Positions 14,423 through 26,593 of a DNA stretch of 64,000 nucleotides are shown one piece after another. How positions within the stretch are numbered: the stretch's first letter is position 1; each line of letters opens with the position of its first letter. Below the pieces are notes generated by a model. It saw only the letters and a list, made by a program, of their open reading frames with translations. It was not told the DNA's origin and did no database searches. The stretch is from Octopus sinensis. Taxonomy: Eukaryota. The position numbers were made by a program, and so were the translations under genes. The DNA lies in NCBI RefSeq assembly GCF_006345805.1, contig NC_042997.1, forward strand, positions 13,082,001 to 13,146,000, written 5' to 3'.

Positions 14423-14872
14423 TCATTCGAAGTTTTCTATCTTCAGTCAGGAACCAGATTATCCTCGCAATTTCGGCTGATTATTCTTGAGATTGCTCCA
14501 ATCTGGCCAGCCCCTAGAAAAAACTAAGCTAAGAGTATTAGAATCCTTGGAAGAAAGCATCGAATGTATACAAATACAAAGTCGGAAAAAACAGACAATG
14601 TTACAGACATATAAATACAATAAAAATACAATAAAAATAATAACAGGGCATAACAACAGGTGTCTTTCGACTAAGGACGAATTAAATGAAGCTGGTGCGT
14701 GTGGAAATGAAGCTTTAAGCTTCTTTGACTAAGTAGGATGGATGGTTAAAGAGTGGGAGAAGGTTCTACACCAGATGTTGGGGCCTGGCCAGATTGGAGC
14801 AATCTCAAGTATAATCAGCCGAAATTGCGAAGATAATCTGGTTCGTGACTGAAGATAGAGAACTTCGAATGA
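14423..14872. repeat. About 92-bp inverted repeat with about 265-bp spacer (Penelope pLTR-like foldback)
   Basis: 14423-14514 is the reverse complement of 14780-14872 with few mismatches. Confidence 0.85.
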
Positions 14873-15349
14873 CCCTCCTTGAGGAACATCATTTAATAAA
14901 TCAGTGAACTACAACTATTTTGTTATCTTTTACTCGTGTAAAATTCGACACTACACTCTTCTATAATAAATAAATATTTTACTGACCATACTTTACAATA
15001 AAGTACAAGGCATGCATTTTCGAAGGGAAAGAGTTAGTCGATACAACTGGCCCTTGGTTCTTGAATGCTACCTTATTTTATCGAGCTATAAAGTAGACCA
15101 AGGTGGGATTTGATCTCAGAACTTTGAGAAATCGAAGAAATTACCTAAAGCATATTTCGCTAAAATTCATACCAATCCAACACTTTTCTATTGAACATGT
15201 ATATTGAAGCATGGAAAGATTATATAAAATAGTTAATTTTCAGAAGAGTTCAGATAAAATCACTCCAGTTCTGGGAGGAGAAATTTATGCGCTTTTGCTG
15301 TATTTGAAAGTATCTTGAGAAAGGAGAACTAAGCACGTGGAAAACATTT

Positions 15350-15830
15350 TGATTTTAGAGTCTTTAACCAAACATAATAAATATTACCCTGGAGCAATTC
15401 GCAGATGTTTCGAAGACAACATTCTTATCAAGCAAATTTCAGAAAGGAACATAGCAGCTGAAGACATCCTACTCCATTTAAATTATACAGGAACGATGGT
15501 TATCATTTGGCCAGAGGTTGAGTGGGGGTAACTCTCTCAAACCAGTTTACATAACATGCTTTGCCTGAATGAAGACAAAGCCAATCAACTGAATAGGAAC
15601 ATCTACAGATGAATGTAACATTTCACTAATTTTTGTAACAGGATTTTTTTTGAGGGGGTGCACCCTTGACTTTCTCAAACTTGACTGAGTTAATAATTGT
15701 ATGGCAAATGTATAACTAGAAAAATCAAGATGCAGTGATATCAATATATGATTTTGTTATTGCGATTTCCAGCTTGCGATAGATTCCGCGAAAAACACAT
15801 TTAATATTGAGCTGTTTTGTATGCAATGGA
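15350..15830 (-). pseudogene. Putative decayed CUB-like segment
   Basis: ISLHLDFSSYTF and LWPNDNHRSCII* peptides in broken frames. Confidence 0.22.
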
Positions 15831-17057
15831 CGTTAGTAAACCATAATTTTTTGTTTAAATATCAAGGGGAAAAATATTTAGATATCCAAAATTTGCCTGA
15901 CATCATGGAACACCTGCATACGCAAACACATAAACATGTAGCAACCCAATTACTCTAGCCGTTAGTTAAAATTACTAATCACCTTTTTTCTTTAATAAAC
16001 GTATCAAACGATGGTTCAATTAAAGTTTCTAGAAATGTAAGTCGAAGAGAAGACTTTCAAAGCTATCATAAGAGCTACTGGAAATTTTGACTAAAACTCA
16101 TATTACCTTCTTTGAAATATATGATAAAAATTAGATAATTTACACATCTAAGCTATGGCTGAAACAAAAGGACAAAAGAAGAATGGAACGCTTGCAGTCG
16201 CAGGTCTTTTCTTGACTCTATCTCAATGGAATTACAATATCAAATGGTTTATAATATAAAAGTTACGAACAAAGTTACATGATGCTGTATTACAGCTTAT
16301 TTATGTGTATGTGTTTATGAAAAATCAATCGATAATTGATGACCGTAAATACTATCACAACATAGAACTCCAGACATTTGCCAATAATGGCATAGTATAA
16401 TGACGTTGTACCAGTCAAAAGAGGATATTGGATATTTCATAAACGTGTCACTGTTGAGATTTTCAATTCATCCTCGATTCTGAGAAAGCAGGTATTTTTA
16501 TTGTAAATTAATTTTATTATAAATATATTTCTCTCTCTCTCTCTCTCTCTCTTTACACACACACACGTAAACATATAAAGTCATAAATGGTGGAGAAATA
16601 TTTTGATGAGTTTTATTCAACACGAAGAACATTCTAATTCCACAACAAATCGTTTCGTAACTTAAAGACATGTAAATAATTTATATTATTATATTTAATA
16701 ATGAATAAATTAATTACATGCCTACGTTAATGCAAACTGCGAAAAAGAACCCTTGAAAATGATGCAGAATTTAAGCTACATCATCAGTTGAAAGAAAGTT
16801 TTTGTTAAATAGTACATTCTCGACCTAATGTTACAGCAATACAAAGTCTACATTTTAAAAGATTACGGAATATAATAATAAAATTGCTATAAATTAATAA
16901 GAGGATGTTCTAATAAATGAAAGGGAATTTTAGTAATATGATTAAATAATAACTACTAGGCATTATTATTTCAATAAAATAAAAGAGATATATTACTAAA
17001 AATGTAGAAAATAAAAGATCGTAAACACAGACAAAAAATATAATAATAATAATAATA

Positions 17058-17112
<55 letters not shown>

Positions 17113-17124
17113 TAATAATAATAA

Positions 17125-17453
17125 GCATCATAGCCATGTGTTGAGAGGGATTCTTTGGGGTTTGAATAGTTCACCTCTGGAAACATGGGTGGTTTTTTCA
17201 ACATCCTTAAACAACCCTTATTCAGGGACCTTTTGAGCGGGATGGTCTACTCAACCTGAAGAAAATTCTAACTGGGCCCCACCTGCAAGGTCATGCGCTG
17301 TTTATCTTGATATGAGATCACCATGTCGCGCACATATGGTTGTGATGCATGTGCCTTGTGTACCCTTATCAGACGGGTACTCATGATGGGTATATTGGGC
17401 TTCGTATATTTTACCCCAGTGTCACTTTGATGGCATGAACTGCTCTCCCACTC

Positions 17454-17550
<97 letters not shown>

Positions 17551-17878
17551 GCATCATAGCCATGTGTTGAGAGGGATTCTTTGGGGTTTGAATAGTTCAC
17601 CTCTGGAAACATGGGTGGTTTTTTCAACATCCTTAAACAACCCTTATTCAGGGACCTTTTGAGCGGGATGGTCTACTCAACCTGAAGAAAATTCTAACTG
17701 GGCCCCACCTGCAAGGTCATGCGCTGTTTATCTTGATATGAGATCACATGTCGCGCACATATGGTTGTGATGCATGTGCCTTGTGTACCCTTATCAGACG
17801 GGTACTCATGATGGGTATATTGGGCTTCGTATATTTTACCCCAGTGTCACTTTGATGGCATGAACTGCTCTCCCACTC
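17125..17878 (+). repeat. Two near-identical ~329-bp retroelement 3'-end units embedded in (AAT)n
   Basis: 17125-17453 and 17551-17878 differ by one C indel as far as I can see; each ends CTCTCCCACTC-(AAT)n. Confidence 0.9.
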
Positions 17879-17894
17879 AATAATAATAATAATA

Positions 17895-17933
<39 letters not shown>

Positions 17934-17934
<1 letters not shown>

Positions 17935-18240
17935 CAGAGTGGCAGCGACTTAAGTGATTTAAAGGAGAACAGAAAATTTTAGATGAGTTGTAGGAAGTAA
18001 TGAATAAAGGAGTAAGAAAAAGACTGCTAGCATTACAAGACATCAACAGAAGGAAGATGCTAGAAATGACTAGGAAAGTAGATTCTGTTATCAATAGGAT
18101 AAATACTAAAAATGTAGGAGACACTAACATACTGATCTATGCAGGAGGGGCAGTAGTCACTTGGAAAATAGATATCTCACATGAAAATATTGAAAAAGTG
18201 CAAAAGGGGAAAAAGGAGACTAGAAAATAAAATGAAGAAT
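17934..18240 (+). mobile_element. R4/Dong-like non-LTR ORF N-terminal fragment
   Basis: RLLALQDINRRKMLEMTRKVDSVINRINTKNVGDTNILIYAGGAVV resembles the pre-RT region of RLE-type LINEs; starts directly after (AAT)n. Confidence 0.55.
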
Positions 18241-19523
18241 GTAAGGCAATAGAAAAGTTCTGTCCGATTTTACCTTATTTAAAACTGAATGCAGTTTAAT
18301 AATATTTTAGAATGTCTAATGGAATAAAAAAAAATATTTTTTATGCATTTGTGTACATTTCAACTAATTAAATATTATTTTACAGAATAGTAGAATTAAA
18401 ATTTCTTTAATTAAAACCCTTTCTAACACGGAAGTATCCAAAGAGCATTTAAGGCACATAATGATTTATGAGTACACAAAAGGAAACTCTGCAGCCGAAG
18501 CGACTCGAAACACACACTCAGTTTATGGGAAAGAATGCTTGAATGAAAAAACTTGCAGAAGGTGGTTTTCAAAATTCAAAAGTGGAGATTTCAGCCCTGA
18601 AGATGATGATCAAACAGGACGTTCTGTTGAGCTTGCTGATAAGCTCCTTGAGGCATTACTTGAAGAAAATCCTGCATTATCAGTTGAAGAATAGGCGATA
18701 CAGCTTAGTTCAAGCTATACAACTGTTCATCGTCATCTTCGACAACTTGGAAAGGTTCTTAAACTTGGAAAATGTGTACCTCATCAATTGTTCGAATGCA
18801 ACCGCAAAAACCCAAGTTGACAGCTATTCTTCTTTCCATTCTCGCGAACTCATTTCATCCTTTTTGGATAGACTTGTGACTGGTGACGAAAAATGGATCT
18901 TCTATCGAAATGTTAACCTTCGTAAGCAGTGGCTTGGTAAAAGCTCAACCACAACCAAGAAGGGAACTTCATGGGAAAAAGTCACTTCTCCCTATTTGGT
19001 GGAATTGCAAAGGAGTAATTCATTTTGAATTGTTACCACCTAATACCACAATCAATGCTTAAGTCTACTCTCAACAATTAGAGCTTTTGAACCAAGCTTT
19101 GAAGAAAAAAAGACCCGCTTTAGGGAATCGAAAAGGAGTGATGTTTCATCAGGACAATGCGTGACCCCACACTGCAAAGATCACATCACAGAAGATCGAA
19201 GAGCTTGGTTGGGAAAAAAAGTCCTTTCCACCTTACTCTCCCGACCTTGCTCCTTCAGTCTACCGTTTGTTTTGTAGTTTACAGAATAATTTAGGGGACA
19301 TAACTTTCGCAAACCAGGAGGAGGTCGAAACTGACATTTCAGAGTTCTTTTTGAAACCAAATGAGTTTTACATTGATGGGATTAAAAAGCTTGTAAATAA
19401 ATGGAAGGAAGTCATAGATAATCAGGGAAAGTACAGTGATGATTAAATTTCAATTAAATATAACATTTGATCACTTGTTTTCTTTATTCAAAATTGGGAC
19501 AGAACTTATGGGATGACCTGATA
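18240..19523 (+). mobile_element. Mariner (D,D34D) transposon relic
   Basis: HTH, CVPHQL, VTGDEKW, HQDNA, YSPDLAPS motifs with stops/frameshifts; TIR core AAGTTCTGTCC at both ends. Confidence 0.9.
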
Positions 19524-20033
19524 ATAAACGTAAACTTAGCTCCTACTATCTACAAACCTACCATAGACCTACACAATGAAAACACTAACACCGATCACAA
19601 TAACATATCTAACACCTATGGCCAGACCAATTTCAGCAAATTAAACATACATAATATAATCCGCACCTCTGAGGGTAATGGGCGCACACCTGAAACCGAC
19701 GCAAACACTAATAGGCACACTGATACTAACAATACTAATTACATTATAACCACTACAACTACTAATACATGTACTTCAACTACTAATAGGAATAGTCATA
19801 ATATTAATACTAACACCATTACTGAAAACTGTACTATAATTAACACTCCCACCACTAACGCAACTATTTATAGCCGTAATGATAACATCACTAATACCAC
19901 CTCCTCTACTACCGCTAATACTGACACTACTATCGATGATCATGCTACTGCAACCACTGCCGCTGCTGCTACTACTTTTATTAGTAATACTACCAATACT
20001 ATTGCTACTACTGCTACTACAACTACTACTAGC

Positions 20034-20090
<57 letters not shown>

Positions 20091-21100
20091 GCTACTACTA
20101 ATAATGATAATAACAATAATGATGATGATAATAGTAATTACAACAGCCGATAATGATAATGATAAGGACGAGAATAATAACAATGGTAACGCTCGCACTG
20201 ATATTGATACTAGAAACGACAGCAACGATACATCTATTACCATCACAGCCACTACCATCACCATCTCATCCATTTCTCCAATTAAGCACTGTAGAACCGG
20301 TAACTGCAACTGCAGGCCCGGAACAGATTGCCCGCTGCAAGCCCAATGCAGAAGATTCAACATCGTATACCGGTGCACTGTTCCCAACATGAGAAATAAC
20401 TCCTCTATCTACTACATTGATTCTAGCATCAATTATAAACAAAGGTATTACGCACATTTAAACTCGTTTAAATATAAGGAGAATAGCAATTCCACATCAC
20501 TAGCCAGCCGCACACACCATCTAATTAATAGAAAAATACAGTATAAACTTCCCTGGGCTATAATAGACTCGGATACCCCATATCAGGGCCAACACTCTAG
20601 CTTAAATGAAGCTCTCAAAATTCTAACCCTCAACTCACCACAATTGCTTAATAAATACGGAGGCCGTCACTACGTGTAAGTACAAATTCTTCCGCACTTT
20701 TAAATTCTTTCATAAATTTAAATGTCAGCTCACCCCCCCCCCACTCACATATAAACCCCTATGATCATTAACACATACCCCTTCTATATTGCTATAACTC
20801 TTATTTCTACCTTATGTCTTACCTCATATCTATCTACCGCACTTCATCACACTATATTAATTCTTTAATTTATCCTTAATCTATTTTTAACCTTAACCAA
20901 ATAAATCCCTTACTATAAACCCCTAACTCTAACTCCCACTCGTAAATAATTTAACATTTAACTAGCTCTTCCATTCGCGACTACCTACGCACACACAGCC
21001 CCATTGCTAAAAATAACTCTAAAGCCACTGACCTTAGGCAGGACGGACACAAACAATTACTACCGCACAATTCTTAGACACCATACACATATGCACCTTA

Positions 21101-21487
21101 ATGTGGAGACGCAATGGCCCAGTGGTTAGGGCAGCGGACTTGCGGTCGTAGGATCGTGGTTTCGATTCCCAGACCGGGCGTTGTGAGTGTTTATTGAGTG
21201 AATACATCTAAAGCTCCACGAAGCTCCAGCAGAGGATGGTGGTGATCCCTGCTGTACCCTTTCACCACAACTTTCTCTCACTCTTACTTCCTGTTTCTGT
21301 TGTACCTGTATTTCAAAGGGCCGGCCTTGTCACTCTCTGTGTCACGCTGAATATCCCCGAGAACTACGTTAAGGGTACACGTGTCTGTGGAGTGCTCAGA
21401 CACTTACACGTTAATTTCACGAGCAGGCTGTTCCGTTGATCGGATCAACCGGAACCCTCGTCGTCGTAACCGACGGAGTGCTTCCAC
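21101..21487 (+). mobile_element. OR1-like SINE inserted in the Penelope-like 3' region
   Basis: TSD ATGCACCTTA at 21091-21100 and 21488-21497. Confidence 0.9.
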
Positions 21488-21891
21488 ATGCACCTTACTT
21501 TATTCTATAGCCAATCCTTAAAATCCCTCCTACCTCACTCTATTTACCTCTCTTCCTATTTCTTTTCTTTTCTTTTCTTTACTTTTTCCAATTAATTACC
21601 ACCTCCGCAACCATTCTGTCACTGAACGTTGACATGGTCACGTCTTTTGCTTGGGATGTCGACTACATCAAAACTTTAACCAACATGGATATACGCAGGA
21701 TTGTATCTTGAAGACTTACGCTCATGGTTCTACGCAGGATTGGTTTCTAGAACATCAGAAAGTTCAGCTATGAACATTTATGCTTTTTTTTTCTTCTCCC
21801 TTTCCATCTCCTTATTCTTTTACTCCCTTCCTCTATGTTGGCATCTTATTTATACATACCATTCTCATCTTCCATACCCCCCCCCCATTTG

Positions 21892-21945
21892 TCTCTGATG
21901 TTGGAATATCCCATACTCAGGGATATCCCAGAAACAGGCGTAAGA
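21892..21945 (+). ncRNA. Type-I hammerhead-like fold (A9U)
   Basis: TCT-CTGATGT-TGGAATATCCC/GGGATATCCCA-GAAAC-AGGC-GTA-AGA. Confidence 0.55.
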
Positions 21946-22027
21946 TTTTGAATTTCTTCCTATAATAATATTGTATATGACTTGAGATGTTTGCTTTGCC
22001 TTAATGTTTGACGTCCTGTTTAATAAT

Positions 22028-22087
<60 letters not shown>

Positions 22088-22355
22088 CGTATATATATAT
22101 ATATATATATATACATACATACATACGTATATATATACATACATACGTATATATATACATACATGCATACATACATATATATATATATACATACATACAT
22201 ACATACACACATATATATAAATATATATATATTATATATATATATATATATATAAAAATTTGGCGCGAGTGCGATGATTTGAAAATTTTAGGTCAGATAT
22301 TGCTGAGACAGTGGTGAAAGTGCCTCGTGTAAATATCTGCTCCGACCTGGCCGTT

Positions 22356-22456
22356 CTTTACTGATGAATCTATCGGCCTATGGAAGATTGGCTTGATTTA
22401 ATTTAATCAGGTTAGTTTACCATTAAACAATAGAAGAAACGGTGCATCGTATAAAG
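22356..22456 (+). ncRNA. Type-I hammerhead ribozyme candidate, canonical core
   Basis: CTTTA-CTGATGA-[stem II]-GAA-ACGGTGCATCGT-A-TAAAG; 5-bp stem I, near-palindromic stem III, GUA site. Confidence 0.7.
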
Positions 22457-22580
22457 AATTACAGGGTAAATGTTTTTTTAATTTTCTCCTGGTTTACGGA
22501 ATTAATGTTGTTTTGCGGTTGAAGCCTTGGCTGATATTTCTAGTGGGTGAATGGCCTATTATGGCCGTTCCTTGATTTTG

Positions 22581-22654
<74 letters not shown>

Positions 22655-23382
22655 GTATGTATTAATATCCAGTAACGCTGCCGTAATCTCCTTTAGAGAG
22701 ACTTAGTAATTTTAATATTTCTATTATATATATATATAGATATAGATATAGGTATACATAATGTAAATGTACAGGTATATGCATACACAAACTCACACAC
22801 ACACACAAACACATACATACACACACTTACACACACATATTCAGTGAAAATATATGCACTACAAAAATCGGCTTGGACTACGAATATTTGTTAATACGCT
22901 GCGTCCGGTATATTAGCAGTATTTTGTGCTCATAAGCAGCTCGGCAAAATGTATAATGGATACATCCATTCAAGTTGCATTTTATTCTCAGATTTCCTCC
23001 TTCTTTGTCTTCTACTGACGTCGTATTTCACTCCCTCATGTTACCTCCCTATCTCTCTTTTTTTCTCGCATTTTCTCTAAAGGCAGGAAGAGACAACCGA
23101 TGTACTTTAAATAGATTGAGCGAACAACCCACAGCTGGCATGACATGTCAAATATGCCTTTAGATATATCCACACCGGCGCCATGTACATAGCAAGGGTA
23201 CAGTGAGGGGAGCATTAGTTGGGTCAACTTTTCTAAGGAAGTCTAAATGAGCCAAGTGTAAACGTACTGGAAAGGGAAGATTGATGTAAGGAATGCTACT
23301 GCTGCTGCTGGTCCTGCTGTCGCAGATGATGACGAGGACGACTACGACCATGATGATGATAATGACAATAATGATGATAATT

Positions 23383-23416
<34 letters not shown>

Positions 23417-24097
23417 GTACGACGGTGATGATAACAATCAAAAGGGGAAAAAATCCACTAAAGGCAGTCAGAATACAACATCTTAGTGTATGCTACGGGG
23501 CCCCGTTGTTAATTGCAGATTCTTTCTTCTTTCGTTCTTGCTGAAAATCCCTGCAGTCAATATTGCCAAGTTGACATTCATAAGCTAAATGCGGATGTTC
23601 CTAATGGGCTAGAACACCTCCAAAACGTTGAGACAGACTTCCATGCTGGCATTCTGAAAAGGGGATATGTGGCGAATGATATAAGAAGAATTGAGAAAAA
23701 CGAAGATAGAAATATGTTTGGCTTGATAGAGGAGAGTAATTTAATGTGAAATGATAGTGATGTTCTGCAAAAGGAAAAAAAAAAATCAGAAAAAGAATTC
23801 TGTGAAAGTAAAAGAGGAAAAGAGGAAATAAAAGAAAGACACGGAGAATTAGGGAAAATGGTAACTAATATAATCTCGGTCCATAAGCTGAGTTATAAGT
23901 AAAAGTCGAATTATAAAATTTAGATGTCACAGAATGATTAATATCAAAGAATATTCAGTGAATACCATTGATAAGAGGATCGAAGATGTAGGTTACAAAA
24001 TATTAAAGACGCACACAAACACACAAGCTCAGTATTTGTCGCACACAGACACACACACACGCACGCACGCGTATATCTACATACATACATACATACA

Positions 24098-24167
<70 letters not shown>

Positions 24168-24219
24168 ATATATATATATGCGTATGTATATATACACACA
24201 TATATGGTTAATTTATATT

Positions 24220-24555
24220 AAAATTATAAATAAAGTGCTGAATGATTACATCACCAGTCTGCTAGAAATAGACTCCAAATGGTCTATGAACCACTTAGAT
24301 TATTACTCCACTACACAAGGTTGTAAACGAGGAAAATAGACAGCGAGGATTTATAAAATAATTTGGATAGTCCAAAATCTTTAGATTTCACGGTTTGAGT
24401 TTTATTAAAAACACTTTCCGATCATCAGTGGAAACATACCGAAACTTAAAGAAATGAAAAATACATTACGCATACCGTCATAAGCACAAAATAATGTACA
24501 CGGGGTCTATTTCTAGCAGACTGGTGTTGTAATCATTCATCACCCTTATAATTTT
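24220..24555. repeat. Foldback mini-element (arms 24239-24276 / 24503-24539)
   Basis: TGAATGATTACAWCACCAGTCTGCTAGAAATAGAC inverted; hammerhead-like relic in spacer. Confidence 0.75.
24371..24432 (-). ncRNA. Degenerate hammerhead-like fold
   Basis: rc TCCA-CTGATGA-TCGG...CCGT-GAA-ATCT-AA-AGAT-T-T-TGGA; one extra T in stem I. Confidence 0.35.
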
Positions 24556-24697
24556 AATGTAAATTAGCCATTGTGGTATTCTTAGTGTGCTGGCCACTGA
24601 TAAAACATTAAATAATGATTTTATCCTAATTATATATACACATATATATCACTTAATGAATGACAAAGGAAATGGATTCACTTAAGAAATTTCATTA

Positions 24698-24738
24698 GCT
24701 TACAGCTGTTTCTGCTGTAAAAAGTAATGCACTCAGAG
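24698..24738 (-). ncRNA. Degenerate hammerhead-like fold
   Basis: rc CT-CTGAG-TGC...GCA-GAAACAGCTGTA-AG; core lacks two bases. The same GAAACAGCTGTAAG motif is at about 63518-63531 (-), with a variant at 56446 (+). Confidence 0.35.
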
Positions 24739-24994
24739 TTCTGGACACATTCGTACCTTTTCCTATAGGCATGATGTAACAAAAGCTTCGGCTACATCTC
24801 TGCTAGTGGTCTTACAGCATGCCGTACACCAACCTGCAATTTCTAAGCCTCCCTATTATTGCTACATAGTCGACGTTTCTAAGTTGTGTTTATCCGGAAG
24901 GTATTGCTTTTGTCCTTCTGGAATTTTAGGCCACTCTCCACATCAGATATGTAAGCTGAAGGATATAAAATATTATAAATTAACAGGGATATTG

Positions 24995-25208
24995 ATTTCA
25001 AACTTTGGCACAAAACCGGCAAGCTCGAAGGAGGAGTTAGGTCGATTACATCGACCCCAATGCTCAAATAGTACTTATTTTATCGACCCCCAGAAAGATG
25101 GAAGGCAAAATTGACTTCGACGGAATTTGGACTCAGAATGTGAAGGTGAACGAAATGCCGCAAAGCATTTTACCCAGCGTGCTAGCAATTCTGCCATCTC
25201 ACCGCCTT
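24995..25208 (-). mobile_element. OK/Meta-like SINE, tail type A
   Basis: Reverse complement of the 14104 family. Confidence 0.8.
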
Positions 25209-25299
25209 AGATTAACACTGATTAAAATGATTAAATCATAAAAGGTATTCATTGCATCGCCTTTTAACTGTTTAAAAGTGTGTTGTCAAATTGAAATGC

Positions 25300-26080
25300 A
25301 TAATTTATAAGAATATCTGTAAGGTTGACATTTTCTGTATAGGCAGTAGTGGTCTAGATGCGCTTATTATCTGAAGTGGAATACGTAGGTTTTCTGAGGG
25401 GCATTTATTACTGTAGAGATGAACCAATATTTTTTTCAGGCAGGACAGAATTTTTCATGATATATCTGGACATGAACTCCTTACAACAGGTTAGATGGAT
25501 AAACAATTTCACTTTGTCAACATCAACATAACGGAATATATCACTCACATCTGCATCAATGGGTACAAAGGAATTGCATCCATTCCGTCAAGAATTCAGT
25601 TGATGAAATGATATTCACTGTCAAACTCATTGACATTGCAGAGGATATCTACTACAGTGCCACGTATATTCGCAAGAGCAAGTGCATATAACGTGGGTAG
25701 CTCAGCAACATGGTTTGTGTGGGTTTTATGATCCTTCCGCAGGCCATGCAAAGGGAATATCTCATTATTACCAGCCCGGAAGTTATTCAATGCTGTTATC
25801 TCTAATAATAAGATCTTATCGCATATATGAATAGTTAGGAATTTAATATACTTTTATACTTTTTATCGAGTCAGATATACACTATAAATATTTATAATGT
25901 ATGTAAAACGTTTAGTGTTATAGTTGACAATAACGAACCGAGAATCTCTACTTTATGAGTAACCTGTTTTCCACACGCCCCCCACGTATTTCTACATAAC
26001 ACAAGACATGAAATTATCACAATAAAGTATAGCTGTAGAAGTATGTTATTGGTCTGCAGTAAACAGCTCCTTCTCGCCAT
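25300..26080 (-). pseudogene. Putative decayed signal-peptide + CUB-like gene
   Basis: MARRSCLLQTNNILLQLYFIVIISCLVLCRNTWG-ACGKQVTHKVEILGSLLS, then broken frames DKILLLEITAL, GCNSFVPI, CPSENLRI. Confidence 0.35.
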
Positions 26081-26593
26081 CTATCATACAAGCATGACAT
26101 TTGTGAGCAATAAACTCCCGATAGCAGACTATTCTAATATTATGCGATGTTTACATCGGTAAGTAAACCTATGACGACAAAATGCTATAAACGAATATCG
26201 TATAAATATCAACGATGCAAGACATTTATGATAATTAAACTTGGACAGAAAAAGAATATCCTCTACAATAAACTCAAAATCTTGTATCAATCATATAAAG
26301 GAAGACACAGAGCCACCGAAAGCTACATACAACCGGCATTCTTTTATTAACAAATTTCGGTAAAGAAAAAGGAAAATTTGTAAAGACTGAGCAGGCCTAT
26401 GAACAAAAGCACTTCACGAACGATCGTTTCCATCTCTCTCAAGTATTATGTCGCTAAAAATGGCATTAACTAATGTGGCTCTTTGAATTATTTTGGTAGC
26501 AAATCGTGGGCTCAAAACTGAAATTTTGTAAATTTAGCAGAATTCTCTAAATACTGTTAAATATTGATTTCAAAACTTACCGAAATTACATAA

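Larger units (their letters stand above)
19524..22000 (+). mobile_element. Penelope-like element relic with C-terminal GIY-YIG endonuclease (Naiad-type motif pattern)
   Basis: CNCRPGTDCPLQAQC..IVYRCTV..YYID..KQRYYAHLNSFK..STSLA..W; low-complexity linker upstream; hammerhead-like fold in the 3' region. Confidence 0.75.

Noticed and set aside
23270-23486. Asp-rich open frame
   Set aside because: No start codon or splice context; explained by (GAT)n/(GCT)n repeats.
25596-25790. L2/Crack-type LINE C-terminal zinc knuckle (FRAGNN...LCNVNEFDSEYHF)
   Set aside because: Spacing between the motifs is about twice the usual and there is no adjacent RT sequence. Kept only as an alternative to the CUB-like reading.
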